A DNA stretch of 63,849 nucleotides, counting the filler, from Ferroacidibacillus organovorans (GTDB lineage Bacteria > Bacillota > Bacilli > Alicyclobacillales > SLC66), in assembly GCF_001642725.1 (NCBI RefSeq). It is 6 parts of 6 records of this genome, joined end to end, with 100 filler letters (N's around TTAATTAATTAA, not from the genome) between each part and the next. Parts side by side here need not be neighbours in the genome. Positions count along the whole stretch, not along the records: positions 46,803 to 57,775 come from NZ_LSUQ01000074.1; positions 57,876 to 63,849 come from NZ_LSUQ01000097.1; 4 more parts are not named here. One strand, written 5' to 3'. Numbering within the stretch: position 1 is the stretch's first letter; each line of letters starts with the position of its first letter. Positions 48,988-58,757 of this stretch are shown here, piece by piece. The translations under genes were made by a program, and so were the position numbers. The notes below the pieces were generated by a model. It was not told where the DNA came from. It saw only the letters and a list, made by a program, of their open reading frames with translations, and made no database searches.

Positions 48988-49479
48988 TTACGACGTTTCG
49001 CCGCGCATGTTTCGCTGCATCGCGTAAGATCCTTGCGGCTGATACGCATGCTGGTGCTGCATGCCGTTTGCGTGCACTGCCTCATACCCGTAGCGATCCG
49101 TCACGGGCGCATACATCGTGCCCACCGTCGAGCGTATTCCAGACTTTGCAACCGTTTGCGCCATCTCTTGCGCCGCCTGCTGGTTGTTCTGAATCGAACG
49201 CATAACATCGTCACGAGACGCCGTAGCGCCTGGTGGATACCAGCCTTGCCGACTCATCACTTGATAGCATTCCGCCTGTTCAGCGATCGTTTCGTAAAGA
49301 AGACGCTGCAGAGTCTGGCGCACCATTGGACAACTCGCCTCCGTCACCGCAGTGGCGTACTCGCGAATGTTGTGTTTCAATGAGATGATGATGGCGTGGA
49401 AACGGTCCTTCATTTCCATCTGCGTCGCCGTGTCGCGAAAGTCCATTCCATACGGCATCCGATTCATCGTTTGTTGCAT
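48988..49479 (-). CDS. Coat F-domain spore coat protein
   Basis: EYATAVTEASCPMVRQ, MSRQGWYP. Confidence 0.82.
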   Translation of the reverse strand: MQQTMNRMPYGMDFRDTATQMEMKDRFHAIIISLKHNIREYATAVTEASCPMVRQTLQRLLYETIAEQAECYQVMSRQGWYPPGATASRDDVMRSIQNNQQAAQEMAQTVAKSGIRSTVGTMYAPVTDRYGYEAVHANGMQHQHAYQPQGSYAMQRNMRGETS

Positions 49480-49491
49480 GAGGAGCCTCCT

Positions 49492-49704
49492 TTAGTGGGC
49501 TGCGTTTTGGTGTGACGTTAGGACATGCATGAGTTCGTCATGCCTGCGCTGATGCTCCGCCACGGCGTGATGGAGAAACTGGTGAACATCCTGTTGCGTC
49601 GCCGTCGGCAGTGCGATCGCACACGTTTTTGCCAGAAGCGCTTCACCACCCAACAGGTCATCAAGATAGTTCAGCTCTTTGGTCGTAAGGGCTTGCATGG
49701 GCAT
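49492..49704 (-). CDS. Small spore coat-associated protein
   Basis: LTTKELNYLDDLL.GE.LLAK..HQRR; GAGGAGG RBS; typical partner of Coat F genes. Confidence 0.75.
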   Translation of the reverse strand: MPMQALTTKELNYLDDLLGGEALLAKTCAIALPTATQQDVHQFLHHAVAEHQRRHDELMHVLTSHQNAAH

Positions 49705-49796
49705 CCTCCTCGCGTAATGTCCTCGCTAGTTTTCCACACCTTGGCTATACTATCCATGTGTCAAAAAAGATTCACACACCGAGAGGAAGATATTCT

Positions 49797-50120
49797 GTGG
49801 CACACATCACCGTCGAAAACGGCCCGTCATTTGAAGTCGAAGATGGTACAAAGCTGGTCTTGGCGCTTGAAGATCACGGCGTTGACATCTTACACCGTTG
49901 TGGCGGCAACGCGCGCTGTACAACGTGTCGCGTTGAAATCCTCGCCGGTCAACCAAACCCTCCTGAAGAGGCAGAACTTGAAATTCTCAGTAAAAAAGGT
50001 CACTCAGAAGGGCAGTATCGGCTCTCTTGCCAGATTCGCACAAGCGGAGATCTGACCGTCCGCCCCGCGATGACAGTGACGACGTCAAGCATGGATGCAG
50101 GCCCGCGTCCCACAGAATAG
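49797..50120 (+). CDS. 2Fe-2S ferredoxin
   Basis: HRCGGNARCTTC, RLSCQ. Confidence 0.92.
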   Translation: MAHITVENGPSFEVEDGTKLVLALEDHGVDILHRCGGNARCTTCRVEILAGQPNPPEEAELEILSKKGHSEGQYRLSCQIRTSGDLTVRPAMTVTTSSMDAGPRPTE

Positions 50121-50227
50121 CGCCCATGGTGAGTGTGGGGTGAATGGCGATCACACGCCGTCACCCCGCACACCGCCCTGCGCGCAGTGAACGCGCAGTT
50201 ATTTACCCGTGAGATGGGGATGTTTTT

Positions 50228-50767
50228 TTGAAATCACCTTTTGTAAAAACGATGATTCTCTCACTCGCCATCCTCTGGTTGACTGGTTCAGGCTTAATCA
50301 CCCTCGCGCACAGGATCAATACATCCCTGTCTGCGAGCGCGAACCCTGACGCAGAGGCGCGTTTCGTCGCACAGATTGTCGCTCACACCCTTCCCATGCG
50401 GACAGCGACGACCGTGCTCTATTTGAACGGAAAAGACGGTGGGGACAATTATTATCGAGTCGCCTACCTGCTCTATCCGATAACCTTTGTGCCGTACTGG
50501 TCGTGGCATCGTCCGAATGCGGGTGGGGATGTCTGGAATGCCAAAGCGTTTTCGACACGCGCCGGAATCGCATCGATCATTCGCCGTCACCGTGTTCGCT
50601 ACATCATCGCACTTCACCATCCAAAGTTTCTGTCGCTGCTCGGCATAAAGCCGTCTGCCAGCAAAGGTATGCTCATCCTGTTTCAAGTAAAGAATCCGCA
50701 ATCCCTTCGCGCGAACGCGCGATTCAGTTCTTCATTTCACGTGATAAAGCAGGTATCTTTGCGATGA
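50228..50767 (+). CDS. Hypothetical membrane-anchored protein
   Basis: N-terminal TM; coupled to the next gene. Confidence 0.6.
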   Translation: MKSPFVKTMILSLAILWLTGSGLITLAHRINTSLSASANPDAEARFVAQIVAHTLPMRTATTVLYLNGKDGGDNYYRVAYLLYPITFVPYWSWHRPNAGGDVWNAKAFSTRAGIASIIRRHRVRYIIALHHPKFLSLLGIKPSASKGMLILFQVKNPQSLRANARFSSSFHVIKQVSLR

Positions 50768-52170
50768 TCGCTACCCTTCTTTTTTTCGTTACAGTGATCG
50801 GTATAGGACTTTTGCTCGACCCTTTTTTCGCGCATATGCATCGCCTCGAGCGCTTGGGATTGGCTATCCTTTGTGGCTCCGTTCTGCTGCCCTTCCTCCT
50901 TTTTTTTGCGAGCGCCTATTTGCACATTTTGCCCTTAGCAAAAACTGGCGTCGGCGTTTTCTTTCGCAGTGGCGTCACTGTACTCGCGCTCGCCTCCATC
51001 GCGCGTTTCCTGCTAAGTGAAATCCGAGCGCTGCGCGCGCCCGGACGTTCGCGCAGCGCTCCGCGAAAAAAACGCCGTGTGCAAATCAGCGTGATGATCA
51101 GCACACTCTCACTGATCGCTTTTGCCTTTTTTGTCGTCATTGGCATTCACACGCGCCTTTTTGGTTGGGACGAGTATTCTTACTGGATGTACGCCGCAAA
51201 GGTTCTCACGGTGACCGGTGGGGACATCCACGCGCTGCTTCCAAACGCATACGGTAGTTACCCCCCAGGGTTCCCCGAACTCGCAGCGTGGAACGACGCG
51301 CTTCAAGGGGATGTGTCCATTCAACACGCCAAATGGATGGCGCCGCTCTATTTTCTCGGTGCACTCACGCTGGAATGGGGCCTTTTCAAACGATATCAGA
51401 CATCGACAAGTCGGATTCTGATCATTTTGGCATTGACCGTTTGGGGGTGCCAATCGTATGATCTGTTTACCATCCTCGCATATGGTGAAATGCCGTATGT
51501 CGACCTGTACACACCGGGTGTGATCTATCTCGCATTTTCCATGCGGTCAAAGGACATGCGCGACCTGAACACAGGTGTCATTTTGCTTCTGTTCTCAGCC
51601 TTTCTGCGCGTTGACGGATGGATAGTCGCAGGATTCACCCTTGTCCTATTTTTCCTTTTTAATGCGCGGCAAGTCCTTACAGCCGTGCGCGCAAAAAAGC
51701 GCCTGCTCGCCTATGCGTGCGCAGCGCTCCCCATTCTATTATGGAACCTCTACCTGCTTCACCACCCCACCCTCGCCGGCTGGGGAACTCGTTTAACGCT
51801 CTCGCGCGTCGATGCGCGCTTGCCCTGGCCTTTTATGTCGCGCGTCCTTGGCGCCATGTGGATGACCGTTTCAAACCTGCGCGTTTCCCCGATCATGGCC
51901 GTCTATCCACTTCTGATCGGCTATGCCCTCGTAAAGCGAAACCGCGCGCTCTGGTTCCTCCTCGCGGTCGTCTTAACGCAGTTTGCCTATCTCTTCACAG
52001 CGTATATGACCGTCTTTTCATCCTTTGAGGCGCTCCACGCATCAAGCCTTGACCGCTATCTGTTGCGCGTTGACCCATTGATTAGCGCAGGACTTTTTTT
52101 CGCACTCTATGATGAAAAAACGACTAGAGTTTGGGCGACCATGTCACAAGCGCGACGCCGAGCAGGATAA
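50764..52170 (+). CDS. Polytopic membrane protein, GT-C glycosyltransferase-like
   Basis: Many TMs; GWDEYSYW..AK; YPPG.P; SLDRYL. Confidence 0.7.
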   Translation: MIATLLFFVTVIGIGLLLDPFFAHMHRLERLGLAILCGSVLLPFLLFFASAYLHILPLAKTGVGVFFRSGVTVLALASIARFLLSEIRALRAPGRSRSAPRKKRRVQISVMISTLSLIAFAFFVVIGIHTRLFGWDEYSYWMYAAKVLTVTGGDIHALLPNAYGSYPPGFPELAAWNDALQGDVSIQHAKWMAPLYFLGALTLEWGLFKRYQTSTSRILIILALTVWGCQSYDLFTILAYGEMPYVDLYTPGVIYLAFSMRSKDMRDLNTGVILLLFSAFLRVDGWIVAGFTLVLFFLFNARQVLTAVRAKKRLLAYACAALPILLWNLYLLHHPTLAGWGTRLTLSRVDARLPWPFMSRVLGAMWMTVSNLRVSPIMAVYPLLIGYALVKRNRALWFLLAVVLTQFAYLFTAYMTVFSSFEALHASSLDRYLLRVDPLISAGLFFALYDEKTTRVWATMSQARRRAG

Positions 52171-52495
52171 TGACAGCTCCGATCCAGCGCGTGAGTGACA
52201 CATCCTCGTGAAGGATCCATAATGAAACGGCCAGACCGAGAATGTACGACAGGCTCTGTAGTGGATATACCGCACTCAATTGCGCGCGTGACAAAACGGC
52301 GAACCATAGGAGGGTGGCGACGACATAGAGAAAAAGTCCCGTTAGAATCAGCGGGGAGACAAAGACTTGCAGCGCATTGTGAAGCGTGAGCACGCCCATG
52401 CGGTTAAGTCCCAACTTAAAAAGCACTTGCCCAGTGACGAGCAAAATCACATTGGCCAATACGAGCACGATAATCACACGTCCGCCTGCTTTCAA
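52124..52495 (-). CDS. EamA/ArnE-like small DMT transporter (possible flippase)
   Basis: GQVLFKLG, LSAVYPLQSLSY, RWIGAVIILLGV. Confidence 0.85.
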   Translation of the reverse strand: MKAGGRVIIVLVLANVILLVTGQVLFKLGLNRMGVLTLHNALQVFVSPLILTGLFLYVVATLLWFAVLSRAQLSAVYPLQSLSYILGLAVSLWILHEDVSLTRWIGAVIILLGVALVTWSPKL

Positions 52496-52639
52496 AAGAA
52501 GAAATGAATCACTTCACAGAGTCAGGCGCAATCCGCCCCGGTTGCTAGTTTACTTTATCGCGTGACACGTTGGCTATCGCGTCGAAGGAAAAAGTGCGCA
52601 AAAATAAATAAAAGTTTATGAAACGGGGGAAATTTTACG

Positions 52640-52987
52640 ATGAGTTCATGGTTTACGTACGACCCGCGGCTTGACCTTGAAGTTCCATCCCTCTCACTCG
52701 AGTGGAGCGAATACAACGTGACGGAGCGCGAAAAAATCTTGGAGCAGTGGGAGCGCGTACGCGGCGCGATTCCTTCGCGCATCTCTTTGTTTGAGGCGAG
52801 GATCGAAGAATTGCAAAGCCAGCTTCACCACGAAGAGGAGTGGGACCAGACCGTCTCCCTGATGAATCAGGTGGCTGATTATGCCAGTCGCATCAACGAT
52901 TTGAACATCCTTTTTCGAACACAACCGGACGCGCATCTTGAGCATGACACGCCGTCCCAACAGGAGCATCACGATCGGGAAAAATAA
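52640..52987 (+). CDS. Conserved hypothetical protein
   Basis: GGGGGA RBS; WE.VRG.IP.RI, ASRINDLN helical protein. Confidence 0.7.
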   Translation: MSSWFTYDPRLDLEVPSLSLEWSEYNVTEREKILEQWERVRGAIPSRISLFEARIEELQSQLHHEEEWDQTVSLMNQVADYASRINDLNILFRTQPDAHLEHDTPSQQEHHDREK

Positions 52988-53097
52988 AGAAGGTGTCTAA
53001 TTTTGACGATTTATGGGCGGAAGATTATAGTAGATCTGTCCATTGTAAAAACATGAAGACAGAGGTCTTCAGATCCTTTAAGAAAAGAGGTCTTATC

Positions 53098-54144
53098 TTG
53101 AATCGTACCTTTGCACGATCTGCCACGGGACTTGTGGCGCTTTCCCTCCTTTTGGCGGGCTGTGGCACGCAGAACACGACCACAGCGCCTGCAACAAACA
53201 CGCCCACGACGCCGAGCAACGCCAGTTTTAAAGTTGGTCTTGTCACCGACGTCGGCGGACTAAACGACCACAGCTTTAACCACTTGGCTTATGTCGGCCT
53301 GCAGGCGGCTGAAGCGAAGTACGGAATTTCAGGCTCCGTCGTCCAGTCACACCAGACGAGTGACTACCTCACCAATCTGACCAACTTCGCGCAGGCGGGT
53401 GACAAACTTGTCATTGCCGTTGGTTACCTGATGAATTCAGCTGTTCAAACGGTCTCAAAAAAGTTTCCTAAGACAAAGTTTTTGATCATCGACGACGCAA
53501 TCACCAATCGCCCCAATGTCGCATCCGCCCTTTTCAACACGCAAGAGTGCGGCTATCTGGTCGGCGTCATGGCGGGGCTCATGGAAAAGCAAAAGGGCAT
53601 CGCGCAGATTAACAACAAGAACACGGTTGGAACGATCGGCGGCATGCAGATTCCACCTGTGGAAAGCTATATGGCGGGCTTTGTCGCAGGCGTAAAAAAG
53701 GTTGACCCGACAGCGAACGTTCTCGTAGGTTGGGCCAACTCCTTCACCGACCCGGCAAGCGGTGAAGCGATTGCCAATCAGCAGATCTCAAATGGCGCGG
53801 ACATCGTCTTCCCAGTCGCCGGTGCGACTGGGAACGGCGCGATCACTGCCGCGAAACAGCATAACGTTTTTGCGATCGGCGTCGACGCGAACCAAAACTA
53901 TCTGGCACCGCAAACGGTGATGACCTCCGCGCTCAAAGCGGTTGACGTCGCGACAGAAACGGTGATCGGACAAGCCTTGCACAACCAATTCAAATCAGGT
54001 ATCGTCACGTTTGACCTGAAAAATAAAGGCGTTGGTTACGCCCCGCCGATCAAGGCCGTGCCCGCTTCCATCGTCGCGCAGGTGAACCACTATGCGACAC
54101 TGATTGAGTCTGGAAAAATCACGCCACCTTCGACGCTCTCGTAA
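53098..54144 (+). CDS. BMP-family (nucleoside) ABC transporter substrate-binding lipoprotein
   Basis: Lipobox LAGC; VTDVGGLNDHSFN; AIGVDANQ. Confidence 0.92.
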   Translation: MNRTFARSATGLVALSLLLAGCGTQNTTTAPATNTPTTPSNASFKVGLVTDVGGLNDHSFNHLAYVGLQAAEAKYGISGSVVQSHQTSDYLTNLTNFAQAGDKLVIAVGYLMNSAVQTVSKKFPKTKFLIIDDAITNRPNVASALFNTQECGYLVGVMAGLMEKQKGIAQINNKNTVGTIGGMQIPPVESYMAGFVAGVKKVDPTANVLVGWANSFTDPASGEAIANQQISNGADIVFPVAGATGNGAITAAKQHNVFAIGVDANQNYLAPQTVMTSALKAVDVATETVIGQALHNQFKSGIVTFDLKNKGVGYAPPIKAVPASIVAQVNHYATLIESGKITPPSTLS

Positions 54145-54162
54145 GGTGGAGGAGGTTCATGA

Positions 54163-55683
54163 GTGACAACGCTTTCTATAAACCACTTGCGCAAGACGTT
54201 TCCAGGTGTCGTCGCAAATGACGATGTCAACCTGCACATTGCGGCGGGCGAAACGCATGCAATCCTCGGAGAAAACGGCGCAGGCAAGTCAACCCTGATC
54301 AAGATGATCAGCGGCCTGTATCGGCCTGATTCTGGAGAGATGCTCCTCAATGACAAAGTGGTCACCTTTTCGAGCCCGCGCGAAGCGATTCGCGCGGGCA
54401 TTGGTGTTGTTCATCAGCATTTTATGCTCATTCCGGCGCTGAGCGTGGCTGAGAATGTCGTACTCGGCAGTGAGCCGGGCGGCTTTCACTTTCCAAAGCG
54501 GCTCGCCTCGCAAAAGGTGCGCGAGCTGTCTTTGCGCGCCGGTCTACCGCTCGATCCAACCACGCGTGTAGCGGATCTGTCCGTTGGCATGCAGCAACGC
54601 GTCGAAATCGTCAAAGCGCTTTATCGACAAGCGCGCATCTTGATTCTTGACGAACCGACGGCCGTTCTCACGCCACAGGAGACCGAAGACCTGTTTGTCG
54701 TACTGCGCAAGCTAAAGGAAGAAGGCATTCCGATCGTCTTTATCTCGCACAAATTGGACGAAGTTCGCGCCATCGCAGACACGGTGACGGTGATGCGCGC
54801 CGGAAAAACTCTCCATACCCAACCGATTGCATCGGCGAGCGCAAACGAACTCGCCACCATGATGGTCGGACGCGAAGTGTCCCTAAACGCGCGCACCTCA
54901 GCCAGCCACCCAGGCGACGTCACTCTGAAAATACGTGACCTTTCCGTTTTGGATGATCGCAAGTTACAAGCGATAAAAGGCGTTTCTTTTGAACTTCGCG
55001 CCGGAGAGATCCTCGGGGTTGCGGGGGTTGACGGCAACGGACAAACCGAACTGGTCGAAGCGATCGTCGGCATGCGCAGTGCAGTGAGCGGTTCCATCCA
55101 TTTTGCCGGTCAAGACATCACGCGCGATTCGGTGTCTACACGCATCGCTTTGGGGATCAGTTACGTGCCGCAAGACCGCCAACACGACGGACTCGTGCTC
55201 CCGTTTACTTTGACGGAAAACCTGATGCTGCGCGATCTATTGCCGCCCTATGCCAAACGCGGATGGTTAACACCGCGCAGCGCAGAGAGCCAGTCGCGTG
55301 AACTCCTTGCGAGATTTGACGTCCGCCCCCCTGTTCCTGACGCGACGGCACAGAGTCTGTCGGGTGGCAACCAGCAAAAGGTGATCCTTGCGCGCGAAGT
55401 TTCTCGCGCGCCGCGCCTGCTCATCGCTGTGCAGCCAACTCGCGGCCTCGATGTCGGTGCGATCGAAAGCATTCACCACGAACTCGAAAAACTTCGCGAT
55501 CAAGGCAGCGCCATTTTACTCGTATCCCTTGAACTGGATGAAATTCTCGCACTCTCCGACCGCATTTGCGTCCTTCACGCCGGAAGCATCGTAGTGACAC
55601 TCCCAGGGGAAGGTGCCTCGCGCGACACGATTGGACTCGCCATGACAGGCACAGATCCAAACGCAAAGGAGGTACTCCGATGA
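54163..55683 (+). CDS. Nucleoside/sugar ABC transporter ATP-binding protein (YufO/NupO-like)
   Basis: GENGAGKST, LILDEPT, LSGGNQQK. Confidence 0.95.
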   Translation: MTTLSINHLRKTFPGVVANDDVNLHIAAGETHAILGENGAGKSTLIKMISGLYRPDSGEMLLNDKVVTFSSPREAIRAGIGVVHQHFMLIPALSVAENVVLGSEPGGFHFPKRLASQKVRELSLRAGLPLDPTTRVADLSVGMQQRVEIVKALYRQARILILDEPTAVLTPQETEDLFVVLRKLKEEGIPIVFISHKLDEVRAIADTVTVMRAGKTLHTQPIASASANELATMMVGREVSLNARTSASHPGDVTLKIRDLSVLDDRKLQAIKGVSFELRAGEILGVAGVDGNGQTELVEAIVGMRSAVSGSIHFAGQDITRDSVSTRIALGISYVPQDRQHDGLVLPFTLTENLMLRDLLPPYAKRGWLTPRSAESQSRELLARFDVRPPVPDATAQSLSGGNQQKVILAREVSRAPRLLIAVQPTRGLDVGAIESIHHELEKLRDQGSAILLVSLELDEILALSDRICVLHAGSIVVTLPGEGASRDTIGLAMTGTDPNAKEVLR

Positions 55684-56768
55684 AGAATAAACTGCAGCAG
55701 ATGACCGTTCCCCTGTACGCCGTACTGACGGGTCTGATACTCGGAGCGATCATCATGCTCATCTCAGGGTACAACCCCCTTAGCGCGTACGGTTCTCTGG
55801 TTGTCGGCGCGTTTGGCAGCGCCTCCGCAATCGGCAATACGCTGACCTCGGCGGTACCGCTCATTCTGGTCGGCCTCGGGATCGCGGTTGCGTTTCGCGC
55901 GGGACTCTTTAACATCGGCGCAGAGGGACAATACTGGATGGGTGCAATCGTCGCCGTCTGGATCGGCTACCACTTCCCTACGCTCACACCGATCCTGCAC
56001 ATCACGCTCGCACTGCTTGGCGCAATGCTGGCAGGTGCTCTGTGGGGCGGCGTGATTCCCGGTCTCACCAAGTCCCTCGTCGGTGCACACGAGGTCATCA
56101 CGACGATGATGCTGAGTTACATCGCAATCTTTTTTGTCCACTACCTCTTGGAGCAAGGCCCGATGATGGCGCCCGGTTTTGTACCACAGTCCAGACCGAT
56201 TGCCGCGACCGCCGCACTACCCAATCTCTTTCCTGCGACCGGCATCTTTTCAAACGCGACCCTGTCATCCGGTTTTTTGATCGCGCTTGCCGCCGCCGCC
56301 GTCACACACATTGTGCTGTTTCGTACGACATTCGGCTACCGCTTGCGCACAGTTGGCCATAACCCGGCGGCCGCCAAGTATGCAGGCATGAGTGTCACAC
56401 GTTTCACGATCCTCTCCCTCGGTCTGAGCGGTCTACTCGCAGGCCTTGCAGGCGGCGTACAGATGCTCGGCGTCGATCAGCAACTCAATGACTCCGTCTC
56501 ATCCGGTTTTGGCTATACGGGGATCGTCGTTTCACTTCTCGCGCGCAACAACCCGTACGCAGTGATTCTCGCCGGGATCTTCTTTGCGGCGCTCTCCGTC
56601 GGCAGTCAGACGATGCAAATCAATTCTGGCGTTTCTGCGAATATGACCGACGTGATCACTGGGATCATCGTCTTTTTCGTCGCGGCCGATCGACTATACC
56701 AATACGGATTCAGTCGCATCCGCTCGCGCGTGCGCGCAAAGTCGCTGGAAAGGACGGAACAAGGATGA
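55680..56768 (+). CDS. ABC transporter permease (YufP/NupP-like)
   Basis: GLFNIGAEGQ, HEVITTMML, AAAKYAGM. Confidence 0.92.
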   Translation: MKNKLQQMTVPLYAVLTGLILGAIIMLISGYNPLSAYGSLVVGAFGSASAIGNTLTSAVPLILVGLGIAVAFRAGLFNIGAEGQYWMGAIVAVWIGYHFPTLTPILHITLALLGAMLAGALWGGVIPGLTKSLVGAHEVITTMMLSYIAIFFVHYLLEQGPMMAPGFVPQSRPIAATAALPNLFPATGIFSNATLSSGFLIALAAAAVTHIVLFRTTFGYRLRTVGHNPAAAKYAGMSVTRFTILSLGLSGLLAGLAGGVQMLGVDQQLNDSVSSGFGYTGIVVSLLARNNPYAVILAGIFFAALSVGSQTMQINSGVSANMTDVITGIIVFFVAADRLYQYGFSRIRSRVRAKSLERTEQG

Positions 56769-57697
56769 GCGCGATTGCACAGATTTTTACAAACCCTGAG
56801 TTGTACGCGGCAACGATTTCCATGGCGACCCCGCTGGCGCTTCCCGCGATCGGGGGAACCTTCTCAGAGCGAACAGGCGTCGTCAACATCGCGATGGAAG
56901 GAAACATGCTGATTGGCGCATTCTTTGCGGTCATGGTCGCCGCAGCGACCCAGCAGGCGTGGCTGGGGCTACTCGCCGGAATGCTCGCCGGTGGCATCCT
57001 TTCACTCGGGCTCGCCTTCACCGCGATTCGCCTGCAATCCGATCAAGTCATCGTCGGCATGGCGCTCAACCTGTTTGCGTCAGGACTCACAGCGTTTTTA
57101 TTAAACACAGTGTACGGTTATAACGGGACACCCACCAATACGCCGTTTCTGCCAAGCATCACAATCCCTTTCGTGTCATCGATCCCGTTTATCGGCCCCA
57201 TTATCGGCCATCACGACGTGGTCGTCTACTTGATGCTTCTCATCGTCGCTGGAAGTCAGTATGTCCTGTTTCACACAAAGCTCGGGCTGCGCATGCGCGC
57301 CGTCGGCGAAAACCCGGAGGCCGCAGATACGGTTGGCATTCACGTCGCGCGCATGCGCTACCTCGGCGTCTTTATCGGTGGTATGCTATCCGGTCTTGGC
57401 GGCGTCTATCTCTCCATTGGTTTGCTCAACGCGTTTGATGTGAACATGACAAACGGACGCGGATACATCGCGCTTGCCGCCATGATCTTTGGCAAGTGGA
57501 CACCACTCGGCTCGTTTGGCGCTGCGCTCCTCTTCGGATTCGCCACGGCGCTCAGCATCGCCCTGCAAAACGTTGGAATTTCGGCAAACCTCGTCTCCAT
57601 GCTCCCCTATGCGCTCACCATCATTGCGCTGACAGGACTCGTGGGAAGAAGCCGCGCACCTGCGGCTGACGGAATTCCTTATGCACCGAGCAAATAA
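56765..57697 (+). CDS. ABC transporter permease (YufQ/NupQ-like)
   Basis: SERTGVVNIAMEG, GLRMRAVGENP, GRGYIALAAMIFGKW. Confidence 0.93.
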   Translation: MSAIAQIFTNPELYAATISMATPLALPAIGGTFSERTGVVNIAMEGNMLIGAFFAVMVAAATQQAWLGLLAGMLAGGILSLGLAFTAIRLQSDQVIVGMALNLFASGLTAFLLNTVYGYNGTPTNTPFLPSITIPFVSSIPFIGPIIGHHDVVVYLMLLIVAGSQYVLFHTKLGLRMRAVGENPEAADTVGIHVARMRYLGVFIGGMLSGLGGVYLSIGLLNAFDVNMTNGRGYIALAAMIFGKWTPLGSFGAALLFGFATALSIALQNVGISANLVSMLPYALTIIALTGLVGRSRAPAADGIPYAPSK

Positions 57698-57707
57698 ATC
57701 TTTGCAA

Positions 57708-57775
57708 ATCGAGTAGGAGGGGGCGCCTAGCCCCCGACCTCTCACACCACCGTACATGCGGGTCCGCATACGGCG
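57708..57775 (-). mobile_element. Group II (IIC-type) intron 3' end, domains V-VI
   Basis: Minus strand CGCCGTATGCGGACCCGCATGTACGGTGGTGTGAGAGG (DV), then a DVI hairpin ending CTACTCGAT; cut by the contig end. Confidence 0.9.
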
Positions 57776-57875
57776 NNNNNNNNNNNNNNNNNNNNNNNNN
57801 NNNNNNNNNNNNNNNNNNNTTAATTAATTAANNNNNNNNNNNNNNNNNNNNNNNNNNNNNNNNNNNNNNNNNNNN
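57776..57875. other. Artificial contig linker
   Basis: N-TTAATTAATTAA-N. Confidence 0.99.
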
Positions 57876-58754
57876 TCCCATCGTGCTCGGGTGAACACCC
57901 GCCGCGACGCTCCCCCTGATACGGGCAAGCGGCTTCAACCCAAGTTCACGCCCTCGCCGTTCCGAAACGAGGAGCAAGGCTGCAGCGCCATCATTAATTC
58001 CTGCGCTGTTCCCCGCAGTAACTGTTCCGTTGGATTTAAATGCCGGCCGCAGCGCCGCCAGCCCTTCCATTGTGGTTTCCGGGCGCGGGTGTTCGTCTCG
58101 ATGAACCTGCACCGCATGCTTTCCCTGCAAAACGTCAAGTGGTGCGATTTCTTCTGCAAAAACCCCTGCATGCGCGGCCTGCGCCGCGCGCTGCTGGCTC
58201 ATCAACGCAAATGCGTCTTGCTCAACGCGATCAATCTGGTACAACTGCGCGACATTCTCGGCCGTCTCTCCCATACTCTCGGTTGGGTATGGGAAAACAG
58301 GATTCGCCATGCGCCAACCAAGCGCCGTATCCCACAACGTCTGATTGCCGCGCGGGTTTCCCGCATCCGGTTTTTGCAAAACCCACGGCGCGCGCGTCAT
58401 GCTCTCTACGCCACCTGCCACAACTACATCTGCATCTCCAATCATGATGGAACGCGCCCCTTGGTTCACCGCTTCAAGCCCCGACGCGCAGAGCCGATTC
58501 ACAGTCACCGCCGGGATTTCAAAAGGAAGTCCCGCTAAAAGAACAGCCATCCGCGCGACATTGCGATTATCTTCTCCCGCTTGATTGACACACCCCATCA
58601 CAACTTCATCAATACGCTGCGGATCAATCCCTGAGCGCTCGACCAACGCTTTGAGCACATGGGCGGCGAGATCGTCCGGTCGCACGCCTCTTAAGATACC
58701 GCCCTGGCGACCAATCGGCGTGCGCAGATAGTCCACAATCCACACGTTTTCCAT
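57876..58754 (-). CDS. Acetyl-CoA C-acyltransferase (thiolase), 3' truncated by the gap
   Basis: RTPIG, GEDNRNVAR, NRLCASG, GTVTAGNSAGINDGAA. Confidence 0.95.
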
Positions 58755-58757
58755 CGC

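Noticed and set aside
57386..57769. ORF starting MRTRMYGGVRGRG
   Set aside because: Spurious translation of group II intron domain V running antisense into the permease.
13091..57875. Five identical TTAATTAATTAA palindromes inside N runs, about 11 kb apart
   Set aside because: Assembly linkers with six-frame stops joining size-sorted contigs. Not biological; ORFs running into them and synteny across them are artefacts.
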